Positions 1-7,702 of a stretch of 27,704 nucleotides of DNA are shown piece by piece. Position numbers and translations under genes: made by a program. Each line of letters starts with the position of its first letter. Position 1 is the first letter of the stretch. The stretch is from a virus, in the IMG/VR virus record IMGVR_UViG_3300040751_001853; one strand, given 5' to 3'. The notes beneath the pieces are model-generated. The model searched no databases, was not told the DNA's origin, and was given only the letters and a program-made list of their open reading frames with translations.

Positions 1-2
1 TA

Positions 3-833
3 CGAACATCGGAACAACAAAATTTTAACTCATTAGTATTACCAATTAAACAATGGTATACTGGTAAACAGTTTGGAGCAGAAGTCATTGGAACGATTAA
101 AGAATATCCTTTTAATACAACGATTGAGCACATTAAATATGTCACCACAGATACATTAAGTTCTAGTTTTTCTAATGATGATTTTTTAAAAAATACTTAT
201 GGTGGTTTAGGATTAGAAGAAAAGATTGAGTATATAGAAAAAAGTAAAAAATTAAATCTAAATGTTTGTTATAATTGTGAAACAGTTGATTTGTTGTTAC
301 CCTATAAATCTAAATTAGTGTGGGACTGGTTTAAAGAATTTTATAAAAAAGATGTTGTACTTATAGTATTATTAAATAAAGATTTATGGAAACATTGGAT
401 AAAATTTTTGTTTTATCGTACAATATTTTTAAAACTACCAACGTTAACAGATAATGATCTAATTTTAAATACACGAGATATTTGGAATGCTGATTTAATT
501 AAATCTTACATAGAAGTACATAATATACAATTTACCTATAAAGAAGCTATTTGGAAAGATTTTTTAAAAAATTTAAGATTGTTGCACGAAGATATTATTG
601 GTTCTAAATCTACCAATGCTAGATATAACTTTGCAAAGAATATTTTATGGTTAGAGGATTTAAGTACAGAATCTTTATCTTTAACATTTGAGTGTGGTGT
701 TAGTGTATCGAATACTACAACAAAAAGTAGATTAAATTATGAGTCTTATTTTTCAACGAAAGATTTAGATTTTATGAAAAAACAATTTAATACGTACAAA
801 GAAAATGAATTTATATATTATGGATATAAATGA
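3..833 (+). CDS. Hypothetical protein, 5'-truncated by the window edge (possibly sulfotransferase/P-loop-like)
   Basis: The frame of the listed 291..833 ORF is open back to position 3 (RTSEQQNFNSLVLPIKQWYTGKQFGAEVIG...LEEKIEYIEKSKK...), so the TTG at 291 is not the true start. The family guess is weak because the N-terminus is missing. Confidence 0.7.
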   Translation, partial: RTSEQQNFNSLVLPIKQWYTGKQFGAEVIGTIKEYPFNTTIEHIKYVTTDTLSSSFSNDDFLKNTYGGLGLEEKIEYIEKSKKLNLNVCYNCETVDLLLPYKSKLVWDWFKEFYKKDVVLIVLLNKDLWKHWIKFLFYRTIFLKLPTLTDNDLILNTRDIWNADLIKSYIEVHNIQFTYKEAIWKDFLKNLRLLHEDIIGSKSTNARYNFAKNILWLEDLSTESLSLTFECGVSVSNTTTKSRLNYESYFSTKDLDFMKKQFNTYKENEFIYYGYK

Positions 834-1573
834 TTATTGAACCAAACTTTAAGTGATTTATCAAATGTAGGATGTTTCCAGTATTGTTCATCTGGACCAT
901 TTCTATAACGCTCTGGTACATCTTTGTTTTTTACTGTTGCGTGATAACTTCTATCTAATCTTTCGTTTGGATATCCAACACCTACTATAATTCTAGGCTC
1001 TGTTTCAGATTGTATAATCGTTTGTAAATGTTTATCTGCTGTAGTCTTGTTTATATTTTGTTCAAATGCACTACAATATCCTGTTTTATAACCTAGTAAT
1101 GCCGCTGCCATTGTTAATTGTCCTGAAGAAATACCTATTGAAAATGATTTTTGTTCAAATAAAGTTTTTTTTGCAATTGGACTTGCTTCTTTTCTAGCAC
1201 CTAATATGTGTGTACCACCTCTTAAATTTGCAGTATCATCACACCAAACAAATACAGCATTAGCATATATTTGAGAATTGGTAACTGTATATTCTTCTTT
1301 TGTTTTAAATGAACCATCTTTATCGTCAAATACTTCATCAATATTATCTTCACTAAACATAGCGTATAGTTTAGTTGCTTGATGTATTTTTTCTATAATT
1401 GTAGGATCAGTATAAACTCTTAAATTAAAATGAGTTTCATTTTGTTTAGATGGTCCATTTGAAGCTGCATAGATTAATGTTTCTATATCTTCTTGTGGTA
1501 TTGTTTTTGTTAGATTGTAATTTCTTTGAGCTCTTTGTGTAGTGTTAATAGCATTTTTTATTTGTTCGTGCAT
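818..1573 (-). CDS. Nitroreductase-family FMN-dependent oxidoreductase
   Basis: N-terminal QRAQRNY...IPQEDIETLIYAASNGPSKQN matches the RRSxR...A..APSxxN FMN-binding pattern; LTMAAALLGYKTGYC and IIVGVGYP match the C-terminal signature. Confidence 0.85.
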   Translation of the reverse strand: MHEQIKNAINTTQRAQRNYNLTKTIPQEDIETLIYAASNGPSKQNETHFNLRVYTDPTIIEKIHQATKLYAMFSEDNIDEVFDDKDGSFKTKEEYTVTNSQIYANAVFVWCDDTANLRGGTHILGARKEASPIAKKTLFEQKSFSIGISSGQLTMAAALLGYKTGYCSAFEQNINKTTADKHLQTIIQSETEPRIIVGVGYPNERLDRSYHATVKNKDVPERYRNGPDEQYWKHPTFDKSLKVWFNNHLYP

Positions 1574-1575
1574 AA

Positions 1576-2421
1576 TTAACTTCTTGGTAAATCAAATGCC
1601 CAAGCTTTCTCATAACACCAAAAACACTGCCAACACCATTCAGTAAAGTTATTTGTTTGATTTGCACCACCAACACAACTACGTGTAACAGGATATAACT
1701 CTTCCATTAAACCTTCTTGTTTAAATATATCAGCAACAAACTTCTTATCAACATTTACAAAAGGTTGATATACGTTATAGGTTAATTCAGGTTTGTTAGG
1801 ATTGTCACGTCTTAACTCTCCTTGTACTCTTTTAATTTCTTTATCTGTAAAATTAAAATTAGGATGTGCTTTTTTCATATAATCAGCAAATTTCATTCTT
1901 ACTTCTATAGGAGGATTAGCTGTCATACCGTCTAATCTTATACAACCTGGCCATTGTTTCATAAATTTTTCGTTACCTTCATCTAACTGATTAATCTTTG
2001 ACATTTGAGTTAGTGTACAAGTTTTATAACGTTTATCATTTTCAATCATATGCTGTGCTTTTGGATATGTTGCTTCATCTAAATCATCATACTTATCAAT
2101 AAAGATGTCATTTAGTTTTGCTTTAGGAAACTTCTTTTGTATAAACTTAACTATTTGTTCAGCAGCCAAAGCATCCCATTTACAACGTACATCCTGAAAC
2201 GTTAAAGGATAAACTTCTATATTAGGAAAATGTTTTGCAGTTAAATATAATGCAGACGCAGAGTCGCAACCACCTGATAAAGAAACAACAATTACTTTTG
2301 GCAATCCATTTTCATCAAGGTCTAATCTTTCTTCACATATTTGTCTATATGGTGACTTCTTAATTAATTCTGGTATATCTATAAAAAATGGTTTAGTAAT
2401 ATTATTATATGTAATGTTCAT
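1576..2421 (-). CDS. queC: QueC-like (7-cyano-7-deazaguanine synthase family) PP-loop ATPase
   Basis: PP-loop VVSLSGGCDS; C-terminal Zn motif TRSC-x13-CWQCFWC. Start moved to ATG 2421 (MNITY...), which makes an ATGA overlap with the upstream stop and has GAGGGG upstream. Divergent from canonical QueC, so true preQ0 synthase activity is unproven. Confidence 0.72.
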   Translation of the reverse strand: MNITYNNITKPFFIDIPELIKKSPYRQICEERLDLDENGLPKVIVVSLSGGCDSASALYLTAKHFPNIEVYPLTFQDVRCKWDALAAEQIVKFIQKKFPKAKLNDIFIDKYDDLDEATYPKAQHMIENDKRYKTCTLTQMSKINQLDEGNEKFMKQWPGCIRLDGMTANPPIEVRMKFADYMKKAHPNFNFTDKEIKRVQGELRRDNPNKPELTYNVYQPFVNVDKKFVADIFKQEGLMEELYPVTRSCVGGANQTNNFTEWCWQCFWCYEKAWAFDLPRS

Positions 2422-3176
2422 TTCAAATCCCCTTCTCTTACTTTTCTCCAATGTTTTAATTCTGGTGTTACATTAAAGTATTCTTCACCCTTTACTTTTT
2501 TAGCTCTGTGTTTATCACTAGGCACAGCAAACTCCTCATATGCCTTTTGAACATTTTTTCTTAAATTTCTACTTTTAGGATCAAAACCTCTATTTGTTTT
2601 AATTAGTAATAATGTTATGCCTTCTTTATATGCAATCTCTTTTGCTTTTTCAATTTCATGTTCATTGTAACCAAATATTATATATTGCCAAACTATTGGA
2701 TGACCTGCTTGTACTCCCATTTTCATAGTTTCCCACACCTGTTTAAAGTTAGAACCAATACGATACAATTCCGATTTTTCATCTAAACCATCTACTCCAA
2801 AATACCAACAGTTTTCTCCTAGGCCGTAACTATATGCTTTTTCCCACCACTTCTCATTCATTTCAGCTGTGTTAGTACCATTAGTAGCAATTCTTAAACC
2901 TTTACCTAAACCATTCATCATTTCTAAAAATGTTAGAAATTCAGGATGGTAGATTGGATCTGATATTTGACCACAAAAGGTTATTTGATTTTCATAATAG
3001 TTTAGTACTTTTCTAAATTCTTTTTGATTAATGTCAAACGATCTTTTAATTCTAGGAAGGCCTTCTACTTTTTGTCTTAAACATTGTGGGCAACGTAATA
3101 TACATCTATGAGATAAATCCATATTAGGTGATGAAAAACGCTGATTGCGAATATAGAGGTCTGTTAGTTCACTCAT
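2418..3176 (-). CDS. Radical SAM protein (short, no C-terminal auxiliary-cluster domain)
   Basis: CILRCPQC (CxxxCxxC); FCGQISDP at the GGE-equivalent position; ATNG and FGVDGL motifs of the radical SAM partial TIM barrel. Confidence 0.88.
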   Translation of the reverse strand: MSELTDLYIRNQRFSSPNMDLSHRCILRCPQCLRQKVEGLPRIKRSFDINQKEFRKVLNYYENQITFCGQISDPIYHPEFLTFLEMMNGLGKGLRIATNGTNTAEMNEKWWEKAYSYGLGENCWYFGVDGLDEKSELYRIGSNFKQVWETMKMGVQAGHPIVWQYIIFGYNEHEIEKAKEIAYKEGITLLLIKTNRGFDPKSRNLRKNVQKAYEEFAVPSDKHRAKKVKGEEYFNVTPELKHWRKVREGDLK

Positions 3177-3520
3177 ATTTTATAATTATCTTTTTCTAAA
3201 TTACCACACTTGTATTGGCATTGTTTCAAAGCACAACTAGGATTATTTATTAGTGTATCAAAAAAGTGTTCCCACTCTTTAGAGCCATAAATGTCTTCTA
3301 ACTTTTCATTATTCTTTAATGCAAGGTGTTCATTTTTTAAATGAAACTTCTCCTCTACACCGTGATCATTTTTAGGATCATCTAACCAACAACAAGGTAA
3401 CATAAAACCATCTGATGTATAGGCTGCAGGTTTATGATAACTTTTTGGTTCATAAGTTAAACAACGAGGTTTAATTCTTATGTCTTTAGGATCCATATCT
3501 TTCATATTATATTTACTCAT
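3173..3520 (-). CDS. Stand-alone SPASM/Twitch-like Fe-S cluster protein
   Basis: PRCL...AYTSDGFMLPCCW...CALKQCQYKC follows the C-x(n)-DG-x-x-x-PCC...C..C pattern of SPASM/Twitch domains; ATGA-overlapped with the downstream radical SAM gene. Confidence 0.75.
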   Translation of the reverse strand: MSKYNMKDMDPKDIRIKPRCLTYEPKSYHKPAAYTSDGFMLPCCWLDDPKNDHGVEEKFHLKNEHLALKNNEKLEDIYGSKEWEHFFDTLINNPSCALKQCQYKCGNLEKDNYKI

Positions 3521-3526
3521 ATTCTA

Positions 3527-5086
3527 TTATAACATATTCATCTCTGCTTCGTCAAGCGCTTCTCTTACTTTTTTATCCCAATTAGGAAACAGATTTGCTT
3601 GTAGATTGTGATCTCTATGTTTTTCTGGTTCATAATACTTTTCTAATTCTGGGAATACATCAAATAACTTATGATCCCATTTTGTGCCTTCGTAAAACTT
3701 ATCTGACTTTAACATATAGTCAAATAAGTTTTGTATATCAAAATCAGGATCAACAGGTCGTTCTAGTGCTGCTACAATATCAGGCCATTTTTTATACTTT
3801 GGTATTAATTCTTTTTTAAGTTCTTCAGGCAAGTTATTGGGTCTAAAGTGTTCAGGTTTATCAATCATTGCCCAATTCAATTGATCAATTACTGGATTGT
3901 CTTTTACCCAATCTATAATTTCATAAAATCTTAATACACTTAAATTTGTAACAAGACCATTAAAGTCAACTACAACATTAGGAAATTCTCGGCACTTATT
4001 AATATTTTCAACAACTTCATTCCAATCTGTTCTTCTTCTCATATATTCAATAGTTCTACCAATACCATCTACTGAAGCAACCATAGATACGTTTTTGAAA
4101 TGAGGAATATATGTAAATATATTATGTCGACCTTTTTTAGTTTGTGTTAAGTTAGTTTGATATTTTAAATAGATATGTTTTGCATGGCCACTTTCAATAA
4201 TTTTTTCTAATAATTCATAATGTTTTTTCATCACTAGTGGTTCTCCGCCAATGATTTTTATACTTCGTACATAAGGGGCTAATTCAATTACCTGCTCATT
4301 TATACCTTTTGTTTTATCTCTCATAACAAGTCTAATATATTCATCTCTTTGTTTACTAGGCTTACCATAAACCTTTTCATTCCATACGCCAGCATTAGCA
4401 ACTTTTTGTCTTGTTGTTGAGTTAGCATGCATACACATAAAACAATCTAAATTACATTCTGAGCCAAACACCTTTAATTGTATTTCTAATATTCTTTCGT
4501 CAAAGGCATATTGACCACTTGCTTTATACAGTTCAACATTTCTTTGAATATTATCCCAAAACTCTTTATCGTTGGTGTGAATTTTTAAGCAGTTTGTTCT
4601 TCTACTTCTTCCATACTTTTCTTCATCACTTCTACATCTTCGGCATATCTCATTAACTGCTTTATGATCTGAATTGGGGTCTAACATCTCTTTACGAATA
4701 CTATTCATATATTCACTATCAACCATCCATTCTTTCAATGTAGTGTTTTCTATTGTGTGTTTTGTTGATTCTTTACCAAAACAACAAGCACAATACTTAC
4801 CGTTAATTTCATTATATACTTGTGTAAATGGTATTGTACAAAACCAAATGTCTTTATCTTTTGCTTGTTGTAAAATAGATTTGTCTTCAGATGGTTGTCC
4901 CAGCATTGTTTTACCAGCTTTTCTTTTTGTTTCATCCGATAGATTATTCCATTTCCACCATTCTTCAGTATTTACATTTCCTGGTGTTGAGCGATCACCT
5001 GGACCGCCTTTTGTAAGCATATCTTCGATTTGCTTGTCGTGCATATCATCAATATCTTTCACCAACTTCTCATTCATATCAGTCAT
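3527..5086 (-). CDS. Radical SAM protein with N-terminal Twitch domain
   Basis: N-terminal WFCTIPF...NGKYCACC...EICRRC (Twitch) precedes CNLDCFMC (CxxxCxxC), IIGGEP, YQTN and ASVDG...EYMR. Confidence 0.9.
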   Translation of the reverse strand: MTDMNEKLVKDIDDMHDKQIEDMLTKGGPGDRSTPGNVNTEEWWKWNNLSDETKRKAGKTMLGQPSEDKSILQQAKDKDIWFCTIPFTQVYNEINGKYCACCFGKESTKHTIENTTLKEWMVDSEYMNSIRKEMLDPNSDHKAVNEICRRCRSDEEKYGRSRRTNCLKIHTNDKEFWDNIQRNVELYKASGQYAFDERILEIQLKVFGSECNLDCFMCMHANSTTRQKVANAGVWNEKVYGKPSKQRDEYIRLVMRDKTKGINEQVIELAPYVRSIKIIGGEPLVMKKHYELLEKIIESGHAKHIYLKYQTNLTQTKKGRHNIFTYIPHFKNVSMVASVDGIGRTIEYMRRRTDWNEVVENINKCREFPNVVVDFNGLVTNLSVLRFYEIIDWVKDNPVIDQLNWAMIDKPEHFRPNNLPEELKKELIPKYKKWPDIVAALERPVDPDFDIQNLFDYMLKSDKFYEGTKWDHKLFDVFPELEKYYEPEKHRDHNLQANLFPNWDKKVREALDEAEMNML

Positions 5087-5117
5087 ATTTTTATTTATGT
5101 TGTAATTAAGTTATATT

Positions 5118-5146
5118 ATTTTAACACAATTATTCTAATTTGTCAA
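5118..5146 (-). promoter_or_regulatory. Sigma70-type (early) promoter of the radical SAM operon
   Basis: Minus strand TTGACA (5146-5141), 17-bp spacer, TAAAAT (5123-5118) preceded by TGn (extended -10). Confidence 0.75.
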
Positions 5147-5153
5147 TAATTAA

Positions 5154-5161
5154 TATAAATA
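5154..5161 (+). promoter_or_regulatory. T4-type late promoter
   Basis: Exact TATAAATA upstream of the 5229 ORF. Confidence 0.7.
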
Positions 5162-5228
5162 CTAGCACATAATTTTATATTTTATTTCCCGAACATTGTC
5201 GATTTAACTTACAAGAGGACTTACACTT

Positions 5229-5486
5229 ATGCCTAAAAAGCCTAAGAAGATTACACTTACGTCTTTAAAGAAAAAGGCGCCTAAGATACCAGATTTTACC
5301 TGTGTATCTATAGATAATGTTGTATCTAAATTAGAAAAGTTAGTTGACCGTAAAAAGGCGTTAGATAAAAAACAACTAAAAGATTTAGTTAAACGATTAG
5401 AAAAATTAAGAACGGCCAATGAAAACCTACGAGAAGGTGGTATCTATTGGTACGAAAAACTAAAACTGTTATTAAAAAATAGATAG
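5229..5486 (+). CDS. Small basic coiled-coil hypothetical protein
   Basis: 85 aa, Lys-rich, AGAGG upstream, downstream of a late promoter; heptad-like LVKRLEKLRTANENLRE. Confidence 0.7.
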   Translation: MPKKPKKITLTSLKKKAPKIPDFTCVSIDNVVSKLEKLVDRKKALDKKQLKDLVKRLEKLRTANENLREGGIYWYEKLKLLLKNR

Positions 5487-5496
5487 GAGGTTTCCT

Positions 5497-5574
5497 ATGA
5501 ATTACTATTTTACAGGAACACTTATTATATTATTAGTTGCGTTTGCACTAATTGTTGGACCTTATCCATATTAA
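5497..5574 (+). CDS. Unannotated 25-aa single-pass membrane peptide (MNYYFTGTLIILLVAFALIVGPYPY)
   Basis: Perfect AGGAGG at 5485-5490, ATG 5497, TAA 5572-5574; one hydrophobic helix. Confidence 0.65.
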   Translation: MNYYFTGTLIILLVAFALIVGPYPY

Positions 5575-5604
5575 ACTTTTGTAAAACATAAGGATAACTA
5601 TAAA

Positions 5605-6741
5605 TTATTTTAATTGTAGATAAATTAAACTATGATAGTCGTAATTTCTTTCAACAGAATGAGCAGTAATAATTCTGTTATTATCAAAATCAATAACTAC
5701 TTGTTGACCCCAAGCACCATCCATCATTAAAATAGGTCTGTCTTCTAAACCAATAGCATCCCATAGAAACTGACCGCCATAAGTTTGTGCTGCTCTATGA
5801 TTACCTGTAGATGTACTATACGCACCACCATCACCTATATCAACTCTATTTTCATACATTGTTTTTAAATACTTTCCAACGCAAGTATCATTCTTCCAAT
5901 GATTCATAATCATGTTAGCAATTCTTACATAATCGTATCTGTCAGCATAAAAAGAATATCTACCATACTCACCAGATTTTCTGTTACCTTTATCAGCATT
6001 TAAAGTCTTATGAAAATAAACTCTTTTTGCAACTTTAGCGTCTTCTACAAATATCTTATGTAATAACTTGTTCCAGTCATCACCAGTTTTGTAAATAACA
6101 TAGTTCATAATAACATTAGTTGTCATGGCACTATAATTATATTTAAGTTCATTATCGTAACCTCTTGCTGGTTTAGTATCTTTAAAATATCTTTTCATAG
6201 CAGTTTTGATGGGAATAGTATTAATACTTTTACCATCACTATTCATTCTACTGTCCCATCCACCAAACAAACTACCAAGATAATATTGATCACCTGCTTG
6301 CATGTTAAGTAAATTTATTAACTTTTGATTTTCATATAAAGTTCCTTCAACAGTTGGGTAATCTATTCTATCAAAAACTGTATGATTGATGTAACCACCA
6401 CACAAAGCATAACCTGTAACAACAGATACTAAACTTTTGCCTACAGAATGTGAAGGATAAGGTCCATGATATTTACTTTTTCTATTTTGATCAACTAAAA
6501 TTTTGTTGTTTTCAAATAAGATGTAAGAAACTAAACCAGTTTTTTTATCTTTAAGTTGTTCTTCAGCTAATTTAGATAAATCGTTAGTTTGTAAATCAAA
6601 CTCAAAATCATAGGTTGCATTTTCTTTACCACCTATTTTATATTTGTGGTGACAATTAAAACAATATTTCTCACCGGCAAATGTTACGCCGATCGTTAAA
6701 ATTAAATTTATTATAATAACAATAATCCAAAGTCTAAACAT
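5605..6741 (-). CDS. Secreted serine hydrolase, beta-lactamase/D-Ala-D-Ala peptidase (AmpC-like) family
   Basis: Signal peptide ending VTFA; catalytic S-x-x-K (SVGK in SHSVGKS); LLNMQAG; YNYS catalytic Tyr region; DGAWGQ third motif; CFNCH just after the signal peptide. Confidence 0.85.
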   Translation of the reverse strand: MFRLWIIVIIINLILTIGVTFAGEKYCFNCHHKYKIGGKENATYDFEFDLQTNDLSKLAEEQLKDKKTGLVSYILFENNKILVDQNRKSKYHGPYPSHSVGKSLVSVVTGYALCGGYINHTVFDRIDYPTVEGTLYENQKLINLLNMQAGDQYYLGSLFGGWDSRMNSDGKSINTIPIKTAMKRYFKDTKPARGYDNELKYNYSAMTTNVIMNYVIYKTGDDWNKLLHKIFVEDAKVAKRVYFHKTLNADKGNRKSGEYGRYSFYADRYDYVRIANMIMNHWKNDTCVGKYLKTMYENRVDIGDGGAYSTSTGNHRAAQTYGGQFLWDAIGLEDRPILMMDGAWGQQVVIDFDNNRIITAHSVERNYDYHSLIYLQLK

Positions 6742-7016
6742 TATATTCCTATTCCCTCATGTCTAAAATCAACGATTGGCATAAAGTCATAAGCATATTC
6801 ATTATCAGGTAATGTACCTGACATTTGAACATTGCAATCATTTTTCTTTCTATTATCAAAGAAAGTCTGTAAAGTTGTTTTTAAATTCTTTGCCATCTGT
6901 TCATGTATTGAAACATCAAACTTAGCAAATAAAGTACCACAAACGATGGTACATTCGGTAGCACTTTCAGCTAACGCAAGTTTCATTATATCTTTTCTTA
7001 ATTGCTCATTTTTCAT
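6741..7016 (-). CDS. Hypothetical early protein
   Basis: AAGGAG upstream; TAATG overlap with the hydrolase gene. Confidence 0.75.
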   Translation of the reverse strand: MKNEQLRKDIMKLALAESATECTIVCGTLFAKFDVSIHEQMAKNLKTTLQTFFDNRKKNDCNVQMSGTLPDNEYAYDFMPIVDFRHEGIGI

Positions 7017-7031
7017 AATATAACTCCTTTG

Positions 7032-7205
7032 TTAAAGTTTTTCTTTATATTCAAAATGTGTCCAAGATTCAGACTTCTCTTTTGAATTGGTTAATATTTT
7101 CATATCAGGTCCGTAATCATTATTACAAGCAAAGATAGCAGTATCATAATCATCATTCAACTCTTTTAATACTTTGCCGTTTTTTGTTACTTGATATTTT
7201 ATCAT
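7032..7205 (-). CDS. Unannotated 57-aa hypothetical protein (MIKYQVTKNGKVLKELNDDYDTAIFACNNDYGPDMKILTNSKEKSESWTHFEYKEKL)
   Basis: Fills the gap between the 7016 and 7207 genes in the same orientation; starts 1 nt after the upstream stop. Confidence 0.7.
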   Translation of the reverse strand: MIKYQVTKNGKVLKELNDDYDTAIFACNNDYGPDMKILTNSKEKSESWTHFEYKEKL

Positions 7206-7206
7206 A

Positions 7207-7569
7207 TTATTTTAAATACAAAGGTCCTGTCCATTGAATTGGATAGTTACCGGTTAATACATTTCCTCTAGCAGAGTTTAAAGCAGGTGCATTAAAACCA
7301 GCGGCTTTCAATATATCACCTTTCTTAAAATGTTTAAAGTCTTCTTTTACAATAAAACAAAACACGCCGTTTTCTTGTACAATCTTAATGTACTTTTTAC
7401 CAGGTCTTACAGATGTTTTAGAATCCCAATTATCAACTTGTTCTTTAGAATAACCAGTAAGTTCTTTGCCACCCATTGTTGACCATTTTACATAATCAGA
7501 TTTGGCACCAGCCATTAGATTTGTAATTCCTTCATCAAGTGTTTTTGCAGTTTGTGTTACCATAGTCAT
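7207..7569 (-). CDS. Conserved-type phage hypothetical protein
   Basis: AAGGA upstream; KKYIKI...CFI...KGDILKAAGFNAPA...RGN resembles a small protein family I recall from large phages; function unknown. Confidence 0.75.
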   Translation of the reverse strand: MTMVTQTAKTLDEGITNLMAGAKSDYVKWSTMGGKELTGYSKEQVDNWDSKTSVRPGKKYIKIVQENGVFCFIVKEDFKHFKKGDILKAAGFNAPALNSARGNVLTGNYPIQWTGPLYLK

Positions 7570-7573
7570 AGTG

Positions 7574-7702
7574 TTATATATCCTTTTTAGTTTTCATTAT
7601 TTGTATTACTTGAAATAAAGATTTTGTTTTAAGTAATTTGTTTCCATAAGCAAGTCTTTTTTCAAGTTTCTTAATTGCATTTTTTAATTGTTTATTATTC
7701 AT
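7574..7702 (-). CDS. Unannotated 42-aa basic protein (MNNKQLKNAIKKLEKRLAYGNKLLKTKSLFQVIQIMKTKKDI)
   Basis: TAATG overlap with the upstream gene, GGAGG in the upstream codons, fills the intergenic gap. Confidence 0.65.
   Translation of the reverse strand: MNNKQLKNAIKKLEKRLAYGNKLLKTKSLFQVIQIMKTKKDI

Noticed and set aside
2422-2451. Listed upstream start (2451) for the QueC-like gene
   Set aside because: ATG 2421 gives an ATGA overlap and an SD; the longer start is a non-ATG codon inside the rSAM gene
2418-3176. Calling the short radical SAM QueE because it neighbours QueC
   Set aside because: It lacks the recognisable QueE N-terminal F-x-S/T-x-QGEG...F-x-R motif
3595-5105. ORFs 3595..3819 (+), 4674..5105 (+) and 4750..4935 (-)
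   Set aside because: Antisense or out-of-frame shadows of the well-supported radical SAM gene; no SD or recognisable motifs
5162-5228. Possible tRNA or ncRNA in this gap or at 8463-8545
   Set aside because: No cloverleaf, T-loop or long stable stem visible; a covariance-model search would be needed to exclude it fully
5605-6741. Calling the hydrolase an antibiotic-resistance beta-lactamase
   Set aside because: The fold and SxxK are shared with esterases and peptidases, and the class C YxN and KTG motifs are not canonical here
6980-7702. Similar N-termini MKNEQLRKDIMKL and MNNKQLKNAIKKL in two early genes
   Set aside because: Too short, and explicable by AT-rich codon bias
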